NCBI RefSeq assembly: GCF_004010195.1
Contig: NC_057749.1
Coordinates: forward strand, 15,258,436-15,308,555
Reading direction: 5' to 3'
Source: Chiloscyllium plagiosum
Lineage: Eukaryota
Length of the DNA: 50,120 nucleotides
The translations under genes and the position numbers were made by a program. A model generated the notes under the pieces. The model saw only the letters and a program-made list of their open reading frames with translations, was not told the DNA's origin and made no database searches. Below, in pieces: positions 38,585-49,942 of the stretch. Position 1 is the stretch's first letter. Every line of letters starts with the position of its first letter.

Positions 38585-38880
38585 AACAGGAGGCCACTCA
38601 ATCCATCAAGCATATGCCAGCTCTTAGTGAGAGTCAACCAATCAGTCCTACTCCCCTGCTCATTCCTGCCCTTCAAATTTTGCATTTTGAAGCATTTAGC
38701 CAATTCCTTCTGAAAGTTACTTTTCAGTTGGCAATCACAACACCTTCTGACCAATAATTCCAGATCATAACAACTTGCCGCATAAAAAAGTCCTTCGTAT
38801 CATGCCAATATAATTATGCCAATTATCTTCAATCTGGATCTTCTGCTTCTTAACACTTCTGCCGGTTGAAATAGTTTTTT
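38585..38880 (-). mobile_element. Older CR1 3' remnant
   Basis: caggaggccactcaatcc…ttccagatcataacaact. Confidence 0.55.
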
Positions 38881-38887
38881 AAAAAAT

Positions 38888-39225
38888 AGCATCCCTACAG
38901 TGTGGAAGCATGTCACTCAGCCCATTGAGACTACACCAACCATCCAAAGAGCATCCCATCCAGATCTACTGTCCCCAAACAATCCCTATAACCCTGCATT
39001 TCGCATGGCTAACCCACCTAACCTTGACATTCCTGGACACTTTAAGCAATTTAAGCATGGCCAATCTGCCTAACCTGCATGTCTTTGGGCTGTGGGAGGA
39101 AACTGGAGCACCCAGAGGAAACCCATGCAGAAACAGGGAGAATATACAAACTCCACACGGACAGTCACCCAAGGCTGGGTTTGAACCCAGATCCCTGGCA
39201 CTGGGAGGCAGCGGTACTGACCACT
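38888..39225 (-). mobile_element. HE1-like SINE
   Basis: V-domain, head and tail. Confidence 0.88.
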
Positions 39226-39520
39226 AAATTTGGAGAGGGTGTATTCTTCAGGGTTGCACACAGCGTGGTTCTGGAGATTGATCAATTCCTGCAGTTTCCC
39301 GACCAATCCTGGAGGGTTGGCAGTTCTACGTGGGGCTGATTATTTGTTCAACTTGTTAGCTGGGGAGGAGGAGATTTTGGCTGTGTTCAAAACTGGGTTC
39401 AAGCAATGAGAAAGAACAGCAGTCTTGCACGGTGGTGGGGTTGGACATTACGGCAGTTTGTCTGAAGAATCATAGAGATGTACAGCATGGAAGCAGACCC
39501 TTTGGTCCAACTTGTCTATG

Positions 39521-39612
39521 ATGGAAATGTGTTGCTGGAGAAGCGCAGCAGGTCAGGCAGCATCTAGGGAACAGGAGAATCGACGTTTCGGGCATTAGCC
39601 CTTCTTCAGGAA
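39521..39612 (-). mobile_element. 92-bp hammerhead-bearing Penelope-like insertion inside a CR1 tail
   Basis: 15-bp TSD tccaacttgtctatg (39506-39520 and 39613-39627); minus strand reads UUC-CUGAAGA-A-GGGC-UAAU-GCCC-GAAA-CG-UC-GAUU. Confidence 0.82.
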
Positions 39613-39769
39613 TCCAACTTGTCTATGCTGACTGAAATAACTGCACAGACAACAGCATCCCAAGTCACCCTTTATTTACTTGTGCACAGTATACAGATTT
39701 TGAAGCTCCTGTTTTATTTTACTTTCCTTTTTTTTTCTAGAGGTAGTGCTTATTTTTCCTCAGCATCCA

Positions 39770-39902
39770 TGTTGTGTGTGTGCAGGTGTCGGATACAGTG
39801 AAGAACAAGTGTCTAAATCTTTATTTATATTCCACCACCAGAAAGAAAGGAAACACCAGAGTGACCAGTGACAAGCAGTACCCTTCTCAACAAAGGGCAA
39901 TA
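39770..39902 (-). mobile_element. Short LTR (133 bp)
   Basis: Minus strand T(A)TTG…CAACA ends, internal AATAAA, preceded by a polypurine-tract-like aaaacagggag. Confidence 0.65.
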
Positions 39903-41620
39903 CTAACTCCCTGTTTTAAAAAAAAATTATTAAACAAGGCACAGTTAACACAACAGTTAACATTAACAGCTGTATACAGAAAAACAGCAATTTTACAAGG
40001 GAGAGGAGCAGCAACACCAGGCCTCAAACCCGACCGTTCAACCAATTTTCGGGAAATTACAAACCTCAAATCCCAGTTTCAATCATTACAAACAGTAATA
40101 ATGACATTTGTACATACAAGACAGTCCAATTACATAAGAAACAGTGCATACAATACAGACCCCCAGAAAGTCCCCCCGTCCCTCCCACCTTCTGGCCACT
40201 CTAAGGCAGCCCACCCCTACGTACCTTCTGAGTCTCGGTCTGCCCTGACACACCTTTCGACCACCTGTAGGACAGCCCGCCCCGGTACCCGCCCGGGGTG
40301 ACAGCGGTCAGGACGGCCTACCCACCTTCCGGCTTCACTAACCACCCTCAGCACCTTCCGACCACCTCTAGGACAGCCTGCTCTGGTACCCGCCCAGGGT
40401 GACAGCGTTGAGGACGACCTACCCGCCTTCTGGCTCTTGGTCTGCCCCTACGTACCACTGGGGTCTCACCCACCCCGATGCGCCATCTGGCCCGTGGAAC
40501 TACCTTGACACACCTTCCACCACCTCTGGGACAGCCCGTCCCTTCCCCTGGGACGAAAGCGTGCAGGGCAGCCCACAATCCTTCTGGTACTCAGCCTGCC
40601 CCTTCGCGACTTCTGGCTCTCGGCTGCTCTGACACACCTTCCGACCACCTCTAGGACAGCCCGTCCCGATTACCCTTCTCGGGACGACAGCACTCAGAAC
40701 GGCCTACCCACCTTTTGGTTCTTGGGATGGCCTACCCACCCTCCAGCTTTTGGGACAGCCTACCAACCTTCAGGTTCACAGAATGGCCTACCCACCATCC
40801 GGCTCTCAGGGTGGCAGCTTTCAGATTGACCTATGAGCCTCCCAGCTCACAGTAATGCCTGCCAGCTCCAGGGACACACAAGACAGTGCAGGTGATAACC
40901 CCAACAAACCACATGACAGAATCAATTATCAGCCAACAGAGTCATTTCTGGTACACACAGAGTCCATTACCATAAACAGTTTTCTTCAAAATGTAGAGTT
41001 CATTCCCAGGAACAGAGTCCACTCCAGTATACAAAGTGCATTGTCAGAAATGGGGTCCACTCCAAACAGCAGAGTTCGTTGCTAAAAAACAGAGTCCACA
41101 ACCAAGGGCAGAGTCCACTCCTGAAGGCAGCAAATGCACACCCCCACAGCACACAGATATTCAATCTCCATGGAGTCCTGGCCCATCCTTGGAGAACCAG
41201 GCCCACTCACAGGAACATAGTACATTGTGAAGGTGCAGTTAACTCACAGGGGTTTGGTCCACTCCTGAAGACAAGGTCTTCTCCCAAAACTCCAGGATAC
41301 AGCAAGTGCTCACCTCCCAGCACACACACAGGTGTTCAGTCTTTGCAGAGGCCTAGGCCAAGGGTCAGGCCTACTCACAGGAACAGCTCTTCTGGAAAGT
41401 TGTAGTTTCTCACAAGGGCTCGGTCCAAACACCAAAACAAAAGTGAAGACACATCCAAAAAACAAAACAAACTAGTGTCCAAGGGTTAAGCCCGGCCACA
41501 AAATCAACATTGTCCTTTTCTCAAAAGTGAAAAAGAGTAACACACAGGCTGTAACCAGCCAGTGAAACAACAACCCCCCAATGAGGCCTGAGTCACACCT
41601 GAAACACATTTTGTGCATCA
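39903..41620 (-). mobile_element. Non-coding internal region of a putative non-autonomous LTR element
   Basis: Adjacent to the PPT and LTR; strong strand bias; internal tandem repeats; no recognisable gag or pol. Confidence 0.5.
40195..40815. repeat. GC-rich tandem array (four units of about 100-160 bp plus ggcctacccacc sub-repeats)
   Basis: Repeated cacctt(c)cgaccacctctaggacagcc…acagc…ggcctacccacc. Confidence 0.85.
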
Positions 41621-41714
41621 GGAGTTTAGAAATCAGTCCTCACTAAAGGAATACCAGTTAACAAACTGGCTAAATAATTCAGCCAGTTCAAGAATCAGAA
41701 ATCAGGAATCAGGT

Positions 41715-42012
41715 TGGTGCGATGGCTCAATGGCTAGCATGGCTGTCTAACATCACCAGGGACCCGGGCTCGTTTCCATCCTCGATCGATGGTCTGTATG
41801 GGTTTTCTCTGGGTGCTCCGGTTTCCTCCCACAGTCCGACGACGTGTAGGTTAGGTGGATTGGCCATGGGAAATTGCCCCTTGTGTCCAGGTGCGCAGGC
41901 TAGGTGGGTTAGCCATGGGAAATGCAGGGTTACGGTGATTGGTGGCATGTTCTTTGGAGGGTCGGTGTGAATTCGATGGGCCAAATGACCTTCCACACTG
42001 TAGGGATTCTAC
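41715..42012 (+). mobile_element. HE1-like SINE
   Basis: Head, partial V-domain and tail. Confidence 0.85.
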
Positions 42013-42724
42013 GATATATAATGACAGTACAGAAGCTAGCCCTACAAGAGGTGATACTTGCTGGAATATCATTCCACTGTTGATTGTATAGTACACTACA
42101 GTGTTTGTACAACTGGCCAATGGCCATTTTAAGCCTCCCCAATTAGCTACAAGAATTGTGAGGATCTGTATAGAATGGCCTCATGTAATGTTCCTATCCA
42201 TTCCCAATGTTCACCCAAATGTACTCACTCATAGGAAAAGGTTTAGGGGAAGGAAATGTCTACCTTTCTTACTCAAGAGTCTCAATTCCTCACAACCATA
42301 ACTCTCGCTCTGATCAACCTACGAATAGGAAATAGAAATTGAGCCGAAACTTTCCTGTTCCACACACTTGCGTCTCACATAGCATGGTGCATTTAGCAAC
42401 TATCTGGGTGGTGAAAATTAGCTATAATTTTAATCACAGAGGGAGCAAAATTCTACTCAGTCTTTTATTCCTCTGGTGTAAAATCAGAACTGAACTTCTG
42501 AGTTTTATGTCACAAACCGTCACACTCAAACTAATACCAGATACCTTGCTGATGGGCAGTTGAAAAAAAGGGTGAGGTTCCTTAAGTATGGAAGCTGGGG
42601 TTTCTATACTGCTTTAAAAAGTACAATTCTGAAACTCAGTTCCTCAGGAAGGAGCTTAGCCATACACACTCCAGCTAGCTGTAGCAGGCATTCAGCAGTG
42701 TTGTCATCTGTGTAGACTTCCCAA

Positions 42725-43115
42725 GTATGCGCTCTACTCTCAGCTCTGAAATGGCAGGTCAGCCCCAGGTGGACAGAAGTGGAGGTTCAGGGATACCCTC
42801 AAGGCCTCACTTAGTGAAGTGTAGCATTCCCACAGATACTTGGGTATCACTGGCGCATGACGGTCCCAACTGGAGGAGGAGCATCTGGGAAGGCGTTGAG
42901 CACCTTGAGACTTGCAGTTGGAAGCCAGGTGAAAACAGCGTCAGAGTGTGCTGCCACACCAATGCCCCATTCACCCCTTCCCATGACCACCACCTGTCCC
43001 AAGTGTAATGGAGCCTGTGGCAGCCACGTGGGTCTGTACAGCCACCTAATGACTCACCCTGAGAATGGAAGAGAGTCATCCTCGTCTGCGAGGGTCCACC
43101 AATGAATGAAATGAA
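42725..43115 (+). mobile_element. RTE LINE 3' end
   Basis: TCPKCNGAC…GLYSHLMTH zinc-finger-like C-terminus; aatgaatgaaatga tail. Confidence 0.85.
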
Positions 43116-43540
43116 AAACTCTGTGATCCACAAACAGAGCTTTTATCCAAAGAGACCCTGGACTATTTTTCCTAGACACATAAAATACTCTTCCCATTCA
43201 GGACAATTCCACTGATTGCTTACCTTTGTCCCCACCAACCCTCCCTCCTGAAGAGCCCACCTTTCTCACAGGCCCCTCTCCCATTCTGATCTATGATGTG
43301 GCTCAGATTAAGAGCTGCCAAATCACATCATCACCAACTTTACATCCAACTTTGTCGTAAGGGTCAAAAGTCATTGGTTTCTAACAAGTTTCAACCTAAA
43401 ACTCAGTGGGGCTATCTACACTCCTTAAGATATTGAAAAATATTGTTAATCACAACGTTCATGTCTGTTACCATTAGTTATAACCTGAGTAGGTATTTTG
43501 GTTAAGCCAGGAATTTCTAGCTAAAGTTTTTGACAAAAAA

Positions 43541-43759
43541 TACAGCATTCTGCTATAGTGCGTTCACATTAATGCGAGTTCACAAGCACACTATTGGCGA
43601 ATTGGAGACACTGTTTCTAAACCACAAAACTTTTAAAGTGTGTATTCATTATAACGCAATTCTGGCCCCATTAGTTTAAATGGAGCTGCTATTACACAAT
43701 CTTCTTATAACATGAGATCGCACAAGAACAGTTCCACTGCATTATAGCAGAACCGAGTA
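43541..43759. mobile_element. MITE, Tc1/mariner (Pogo/Tigger-like)
   Basis: Terminal inverted repeats ttctgctatagtgc and gcattatagcagaa, with TA at both ends. Confidence 0.7.
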
Positions 43760-44499
43760 GGAACTCAAAAAATACTTGGAACTCAATGTATGCTTACAGT
43801 GCATAGCACCATCTACTGTTTAGAAGTGGAAATATTTATTATCCTGTAATTCCTAATAATAGTTCATTCAGGAATGATGAACAACATCTGCTGTCCTGCC
43901 GAGTAATATTGCAAACTTGTCAAATGTGAGAATTTCAACTTTTGATTCTCCTAATTTTCAAGGCAGTTTAATATTGAGAGCTGAACTGTGGCAAATGGAA
44001 TTTATATAATCCTGTACAGTGTGAGGTGATGCATTTTAGTAGGCCTGAAAGGCAAGGGAGTGTATATTGAATGAAAGGATCCAAGGCACTACAGAGGATC
44101 AGAGGGACCTTGGTACAAATGGCCATAGACCCTGGAAGGAGCAGGATAGTTAGATAAGGTGATTAAGAAGGCATTTAGGACACTTGCCTTTATAGTCAAG
44201 GCAATGAGGGAGGATATGATGAAGCTGTATATAATGTTAGTCAGGCCACAGCTGGAGTACTGTTTACAATTCCGGTCACCACACTGTGGAACAGATGTGA
44301 TTGCATTAGGAAGTGTGCAGAAGTGATTCACCAGGATGTTACCTGGGATGGAACAATTCAGCTATGAAGAGAGACTAGATAGGTTGGTGCAGAGATTGCT
44401 GGAAAACCTTAGCAGGTCTGGCAGCATCTGTGGAGAGAAATCAGTTAATGTTTGGGGTCCAGTCACCTTTCCACAGAACTCATCATGGGGACAGTCGTG

Positions 44500-45860
44500 A
44501 CAGAGACGGAGGAACTGGGAGAAGGAATTGCTGGATGTCTTGAAAGGGTTAAAGGTGGATAAATCCCTAGGACCTGATCAGGTGTACCTGAGAACTCTGT
44601 GGGAAGCTAGAGAAGTGATTGCTGGGCCTCTTGCTGAGATATTTGTATCATCGATAGTCACAGGTGAGGTGCCGGAAGACTGGAGGTTGGCAAACGTGGT
44701 GCCACTGTTTAAGAAGGGTGCTAAAGACAAGCCAGGGAACTATAGACTGGTGAGCCTGACCTCGCTGGTGGGCGAGTTGTTGGAGGGAATCCTGAGGGAC
44801 AGGATGTACATGTATGTGGAAAGGCAAGGACTGATTCGGGATAGTCAACATGGCTTTGTGCGTGGGAAATCATGTCTCACAAACTTGATTGAGTTTTTTG
44901 AAGAAGTAACAAAGAAGGTTNNNNNNNNNNNNNNNNNNNNNNNNNNNNNNNNNNNNNNNNNNNNNNNNNNNNNNNNNNNNNNNNNNNNNNNNNNNNNNNN
45001 NNNNNNNNNNNNNNNNNNNNNNNNNNNNNNNNNNNNNNNNNNNNNNNNNNNNNNNNNNNNNNNNNNNNNNNNNNNNNNNNNNNNNNNNNNNNNNNNNNAG
45101 GACTTATACACTTAATGGTAAGGTCCTAGGGAGTGTTGCTGAACAAAGAGACCTTGGAGTGCAGGTTCATAGCTCCTTGAAAGTGGAGTCGCAGGTAGAT
45201 AGGATAGTGAAGAAGGCATTTAGTATGCTTTCCTTTATTGGTCAGAGTATTGAGTACAGGAGTTGGGAGGTCATGTTGCGGCTGTACAGGACATTGGTTA
45301 GGCCACTGTTGGAATATTGCGTGCAATTCTGATCTCCTTCCTATCGGAAAGATGTGGTGAAACTTGAAAGGGTTCGGAAAAGATTTACAAGGATATGGCC
45401 AGGGTTGGAGGACCTGAGCTACAGGGAGAGGCTGAACAGGCTGGGGCTATTTTCCCTGGAGTGTCGGATGCTGAGGGGTGACCTTCTAGAGGTTTACAAA
45501 ATTATGAGGGGCCTAGATAGGATAAATAGACAACGTCTTTTCCCTGGGGTCGGGGAGTCCAGAACTAGAGGGCATAGGTTAGGGTGAGAGGGGAAAGATT
45601 TTTATAAAAGAGACCTAAGGGGCAACTTTTTCACGCAGAAGGTGGTACGTGTATGGAATGATCTGCCAGAGGATGTGGTGGAGGCTGGTACAATTGCAAC
45701 ATTTAAGAGGCATTTGGATGGATATATGAATAGGAAGGGTTTGGAGGGATATGGGCCAGGTGCTGGCAGGTGGAACTAGTTTGAGTTGGGATATCTGGTC
45801 GGCATGGATGGGTTGGACCCAAGGGTCTGTTCCCATGCTGTACATGTCTATGAATCTAAG
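44500..45860 (+). mobile_element. Young CR1/HER1 LINE, 5'-truncated, containing a gap
   Basis: EVPEDWRLANVVPLFKKG…GNYRLVSLTS…QHGFVRGKSCLTNLIEFFEEVT. Confidence 0.93.
44921..45098. other. Assembly gap (N run)
   Basis: 178 N. Confidence 1.
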
Positions 45861-46511
45861 TCTTTACACGAAGCAGGATGAGATGATGTATAGTCAAGGT
45901 AACTGTGGGATTTGGTAGGGTTGTAATGGAAGTTCTGAGGAAGGGTGACCAGACCCAAAATATTAACTGATTTCTCTCCACGATGCTGCCAGACCTGCTG
46001 AGCGTTTCCAGCAATTTCAGCTTTTGTTTCTGCTTTCCAGTTTTTATCTAGTAATGCTGGACTTGTTTTCTTTAGAGTAAGAGATGGCTGAGTGGGGATC
46101 TTAATGAGTTATGAGAGGTAAAGACAGGGTAGATACATAGAACCCTTTTCTGTTAGCCGAGGATCGCTAACCAGGGAACACAATTTTAAGGTAAAGAGCA
46201 GGAGGTTTAGAGGGGATTTGTGGAAATAAAATGTTTTCACCTGGAGGGTTATGGCTATCTGGAACACATGCCTGAAAGAATGGTAGAGGTGGGAATTCTC
46301 AAGATATTTAAGAACTATTTAGATGATCACTTGAAATGCCATAGCTATAAGCCTAGAGTTGTAAAGTGGGATTAGAAAAGATGGATGTTCGGTGACCAAT
46401 GTGGCAATGATGGGCCAAAGGGCTTCTTTCTGTGCTGGAAAATCTCAATGACTCGGATTATATATTTGCATGTACACTAATGAAGAGAGAAATGCTGCCA
46501 AAGTTTGTAGT

Positions 46512-46707
46512 TGAAACTTTATTGCTGGAACAGCACAGCAGGTCAGGCAGCATCCAGGGAACAGGAGATTCGACGTTTCGGGCACAGGCCCTGGCCTGTG
46601 CCCGAAACGTCGAATCTCCTGTTCCCTGGATGCTGCCTGACCTGCTGTGCTGTTCCAGCAATAAAGTTTCAACTTTGATCTCCAGCATCTGCAGACCTCA
46701 CTTTCTC
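46512..46707. mobile_element. Penelope-like perfect fold-back insertion
   Basis: 82-bp arms 46509-46590 and 46593-46674, 2-nt spacer, 33-nt tail 46675-46707, 17-bp TSD ctgccaaagtttgtagt (46495-46511 and 46708-46724). Confidence 0.88.
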
Positions 46708-47119
46708 CTGCCAAAGTTTGTAGTCAAATGTGAGAATGCCAAATTTCAAACCTGTCAATGAATAAAACAAAAGTCACCATAATTTGTACTACAGGAGAAG
46801 AGAATGCTGAAGAGTCAACTCTGATTGGCTGGGGCTTTTCCACTGAGAAAACAATGAGGAAAATATTCAGCAATATCTGTCTCTTTAGGCAATTCAAGTT
46901 CTGTATTCCCAAACTACTGCTTATGTTTATATCCATAAACAATTAGACTTTATGTGAACGTTCATCAAAACGATGACAGAATCTGTCATATTTGTCCTCC
47001 ACCTTTCTTCCCAATACCTTTGAGTGAAGGGACAAGGTTTCAGAAGCTAGTCAAAATTTGCCCGGGTAGACAATGTTTATAAATGAGCTTCCATGGAAAG
47101 TGATGGCAGGCCTGCTGAC

Positions 47120-47240
47120 GCATGCACATAGAGCACACACACAGGTGCAGACACATACACACGCATGCATACAGATACATACACAAACTACACACGTGTA
47201 AGATAAACAAACACATCCATGCACAGATACACATACACAA
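47120..47240. repeat. Degenerate (CA)n microsatellite
   Basis: cacata/cacac-rich. Confidence 0.8.
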
Positions 47241-47564
47241 ACCCAATAATGAATACACTTGTCAGCAGAGCTCTGGAAGTGTTAGAACTCTGGCTGAATT
47301 TCCTCAAATTAATTCAGGCGTACAAACAGGGACTAGCTGTTGCTTTGGTTGAGATCAGCTAACACTGCAAAGATGAAGAAAAAAATCATGGTCTTTGTTG
47401 TTCCATACCACATCATATAATGTCTTAATCAACTGAGGCATCAGGAAGACCCCAAATTATGTGAATGGAAGGAAGAACTTTTTTTAAAGAATGTATGGAA
47501 AGAAACAAATAAGTAGAATAAAGATATTTATTTGGTGTTTCTAAAGTATGTTTCAGGGACATTC

Positions 47565-47690
47565 CAGACGGACTCGTGCCTGAAACGTCGACTCTCCTGT
47601 TCCTCAGATGCTGCCTGACCTGCTGTGCTTTGCCAGCGCCACCCTTTTCAATTCTGACTTCTCCAGCGTCTGCAGTCCTCACTTTCTCCA
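47565..47690 (+). mobile_element. Penelope-like pLTR 3' fragment with tail
   Basis: gtgcctgaaacgtcgactctcctg…ctccagcgtctgcagtcctcactttctcc. Confidence 0.75.
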
Positions 47691-48361
47691 GTTCCCTCAG
47701 TATGCTCATATCATCTTAGAGAAGATATGCTGTATATAAGCCCTTACTTCATTAAAGAATTGTTGAATAGTAAATGACCGCTGTGAGTTCTTGCTGTACA
47801 TCTAAGTGTTAGTCTGACAGACTGTTGCTTTTTGACTAGTCTGATACCAGGAGGGGTTTCCACTGCAAAGTTTAGCACATGTAAATTTTAAGCAAATCAT
47901 TAGGGCATGATTCTCCCCTCCCTGGAAGGTGGGAGAGAAGTCATAGTGAGGGTTAGCCCTGGAGAGAACCTCACCCCCTTCTCGTCACCTCTGCAAATTA
48001 AATGCTGGGTGGAAATATCTCCAGGCGACTTTCCTGTATCATCTGCATTTAAGGCCCTTAAGCGACCAATGAATGGCCATTTAAGGAGCTCAACCCACCA
48101 TACCCTCGATCACCCACCTCCTTGATGGGGTCAGAAAGGTTACTAGTTTCTCAACTGGGAACTGTGTGATAACTAACCCAACTGTGGAGTTAACAGGGTT
48201 GGTGATTGGGGAGAATGGGGCTGGGTTCATGTCTCTGCAAAGCCACCCTCTCACCCTTTCCTCTCACCCCCAACTAATGAGGAGAAAGTTAAAATAAAAA
48301 TCCTCTTGCCGCTGACCAGCCTAGACTGTTGGACTATAGCATCCAGAAGCTGCTGTCCTTT

Positions 48362-48520
48362 ATCATAGAGGTGTACAGCATGGAAACAGGACCTTCGGCC
48401 TAACTTGCCCATGCCACCCAGTTTTTACAATTTAAATCAGTCCCATTTGCCTGCATTTAGTCCACATCCCTTCATACTGATGACATCCAAGTACCTGTCC
48501 AAATATTTCCAAATGTGATA
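48362..48520 (-). mobile_element. CR1 3' tail
   Basis: tcatagaggtgtacagcatggaaacaggaccttcggcc. Confidence 0.75.
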
Positions 48521-48747
48521 GGGTACGATGCTTCCCCTCACCTGCCTCTCAGCTCTCCATGACAGGCAAGCAGATGAGTTATCTTGTTGGTTAGGGTGAA
48601 TGTACTCAGTGGCAGTGGCAAGTTGCCTTTCATTTAACATGCTCCTACATAGATAAATTACAGGAAAATTCTACCCTTATTTTTCCTTACAGGAGGCTGC
48701 CCTAAAAGCATGCTGAGTTTACAAGCAACACCAATAAGGTCCTATCA

Positions 48748-48880
48748 CAAAAGCAAAGTACTGAGGATGCTAGAAATCTGAAATAATAACAAAAAGTGCT
48801 GGAGAAACTCAGCAAGTCTGGCAGCATCTGTGGAGAAAGAAAGAGTCAATATTGACTCTAACATGACTCTTCAGAACTGA
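48748..48880 (-). mobile_element. Older Penelope-like pLTR fragment
   Basis: gatgctagaaatctgaaa…gtgctggagaaactcagcaagtctggcagcatctgtggaga…tcttcagaactg; same family as 44390-44480. Confidence 0.65.
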
Positions 48881-49942
48881 GGACTTTATGTAATAAAAAT
48901 GATATTTGATTCTTTCCTATGTAGAGTTTGCTGATCACAACCAGCGATGGTGTCTCTGGGATTGGAAACAGTAAAATGTGTAGGTTTGCTGTTCCTTATT
49001 GTTATCTAGCCAGCTTTGCTGGAAAGGCCAACATGGATATGTTGGGATTGGGGATGTGTCTGAGATTCCACCCCACCCCCCATCTCCACACCCACCCCCA
49101 AGCATTTAGATATAAAGAAGTATCATCAATGTGTTGGGAATAGATTCTTGTGCACGTGCGGCAAGCAGATCATTGCCCTCAGGAGAGGAAAGGTGAAAAA
49201 CTGATGAGAAAATGACAAGTAGAAAACACATTATGAAAATGACAGGAGTGCATTAAGTTGTTGGACATATCAATGGAGCATTGCAATAATTTGGGAAACA
49301 TCCAAATTGTCTTCTGTACTAAGTTACACTCCTGTGTTAAGGAGCCCTTAGGCCAGAACACGTCACAAATAAGCTTTTGGATATAGCTGGAACATACCGT
49401 GTAGATATATTTAAATTAGACAAAAAAAGTGCTACCTTAAAATCCCACAGGAAGTCCATGTTACTTTTACCTATATCCACTATTCAAATTACTTCCCTGA
49501 AGGCATTGACTCATGTTGGGATACTGTACCACAGATGCTGGCTGCTATCCCAAGCCTCACCCAAGTTGCTGTTCTCCATGTGTGGGCCGAGACACTGAGT
49601 GCCAATTGACAATCTGACTTTGGAGCTAACACAGCCAAGTTAGATCAATCGCTCACTTAATGTCCACCACTGAGCATGTTCCATCAGGAGTCGCACAGTC
49701 TGGGAAGCAAACTTGGAACTTTCTTGGTCTTCATGTTTATATCTGAAAGAAATTCATCATCCAGTTTCCTGCCCTCACCTCCCGAAGGAGCTGATCTGTG
49801 CTGAAGTATGATACAGTAAGTCCTTAGACCACTCTGATTAATCAAAAGCCATGACTCAGCGGGTAGCATTCTTGCCTTGAGTCAGAAAATATCCAAATCT
49901 CTCCCTAGAGATCTGAGCCCATAACTTGCATTCACATTTTAC

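Larger units (their letters stand above)
44388..46040. mobile_element. Older Penelope-like fold-back element (arms about 44390-44480 and 45931-46020)
   Basis: The arms are reverse complements; decayed hammerhead ctgagga-a-gggt…accc-aaaa at about 45935-45968. Confidence 0.65.
43975..46455 (+). mobile_element. Older CR1 (43975-44385 and 46055-46455) hosting nested insertions
   Basis: tggcaaatggaattt…gtcaggccacagctggagtactgt; continues after 46055. Confidence 0.75.

Noticed and set aside
39774..40301. 175-aa ORF
   Set aside because: Begins in an LTR on its antisense strand, has biased composition and shows no recognisable domain
40530..40562. Hammerhead at gtccc…gggac-gaaa
   Set aside because: No CUGANGA box upstream, and the other units have gaca instead of gaaa
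40195..40815. CRISPR-like repeat-spacer array
   Set aside because: Vertebrate context, no cas genes, and the units are diverged along their whole length rather than being constant repeats with unique spacers
44528..45115. 195-aa RT-like ORF as a functional gene
   Set aside because: 5'-truncated CR1 ORF2 fragment with a gap and a downstream frameshift
46432..46761. Mirror-image ORFs on both strands
   Set aside because: A consequence of the DNA palindrome
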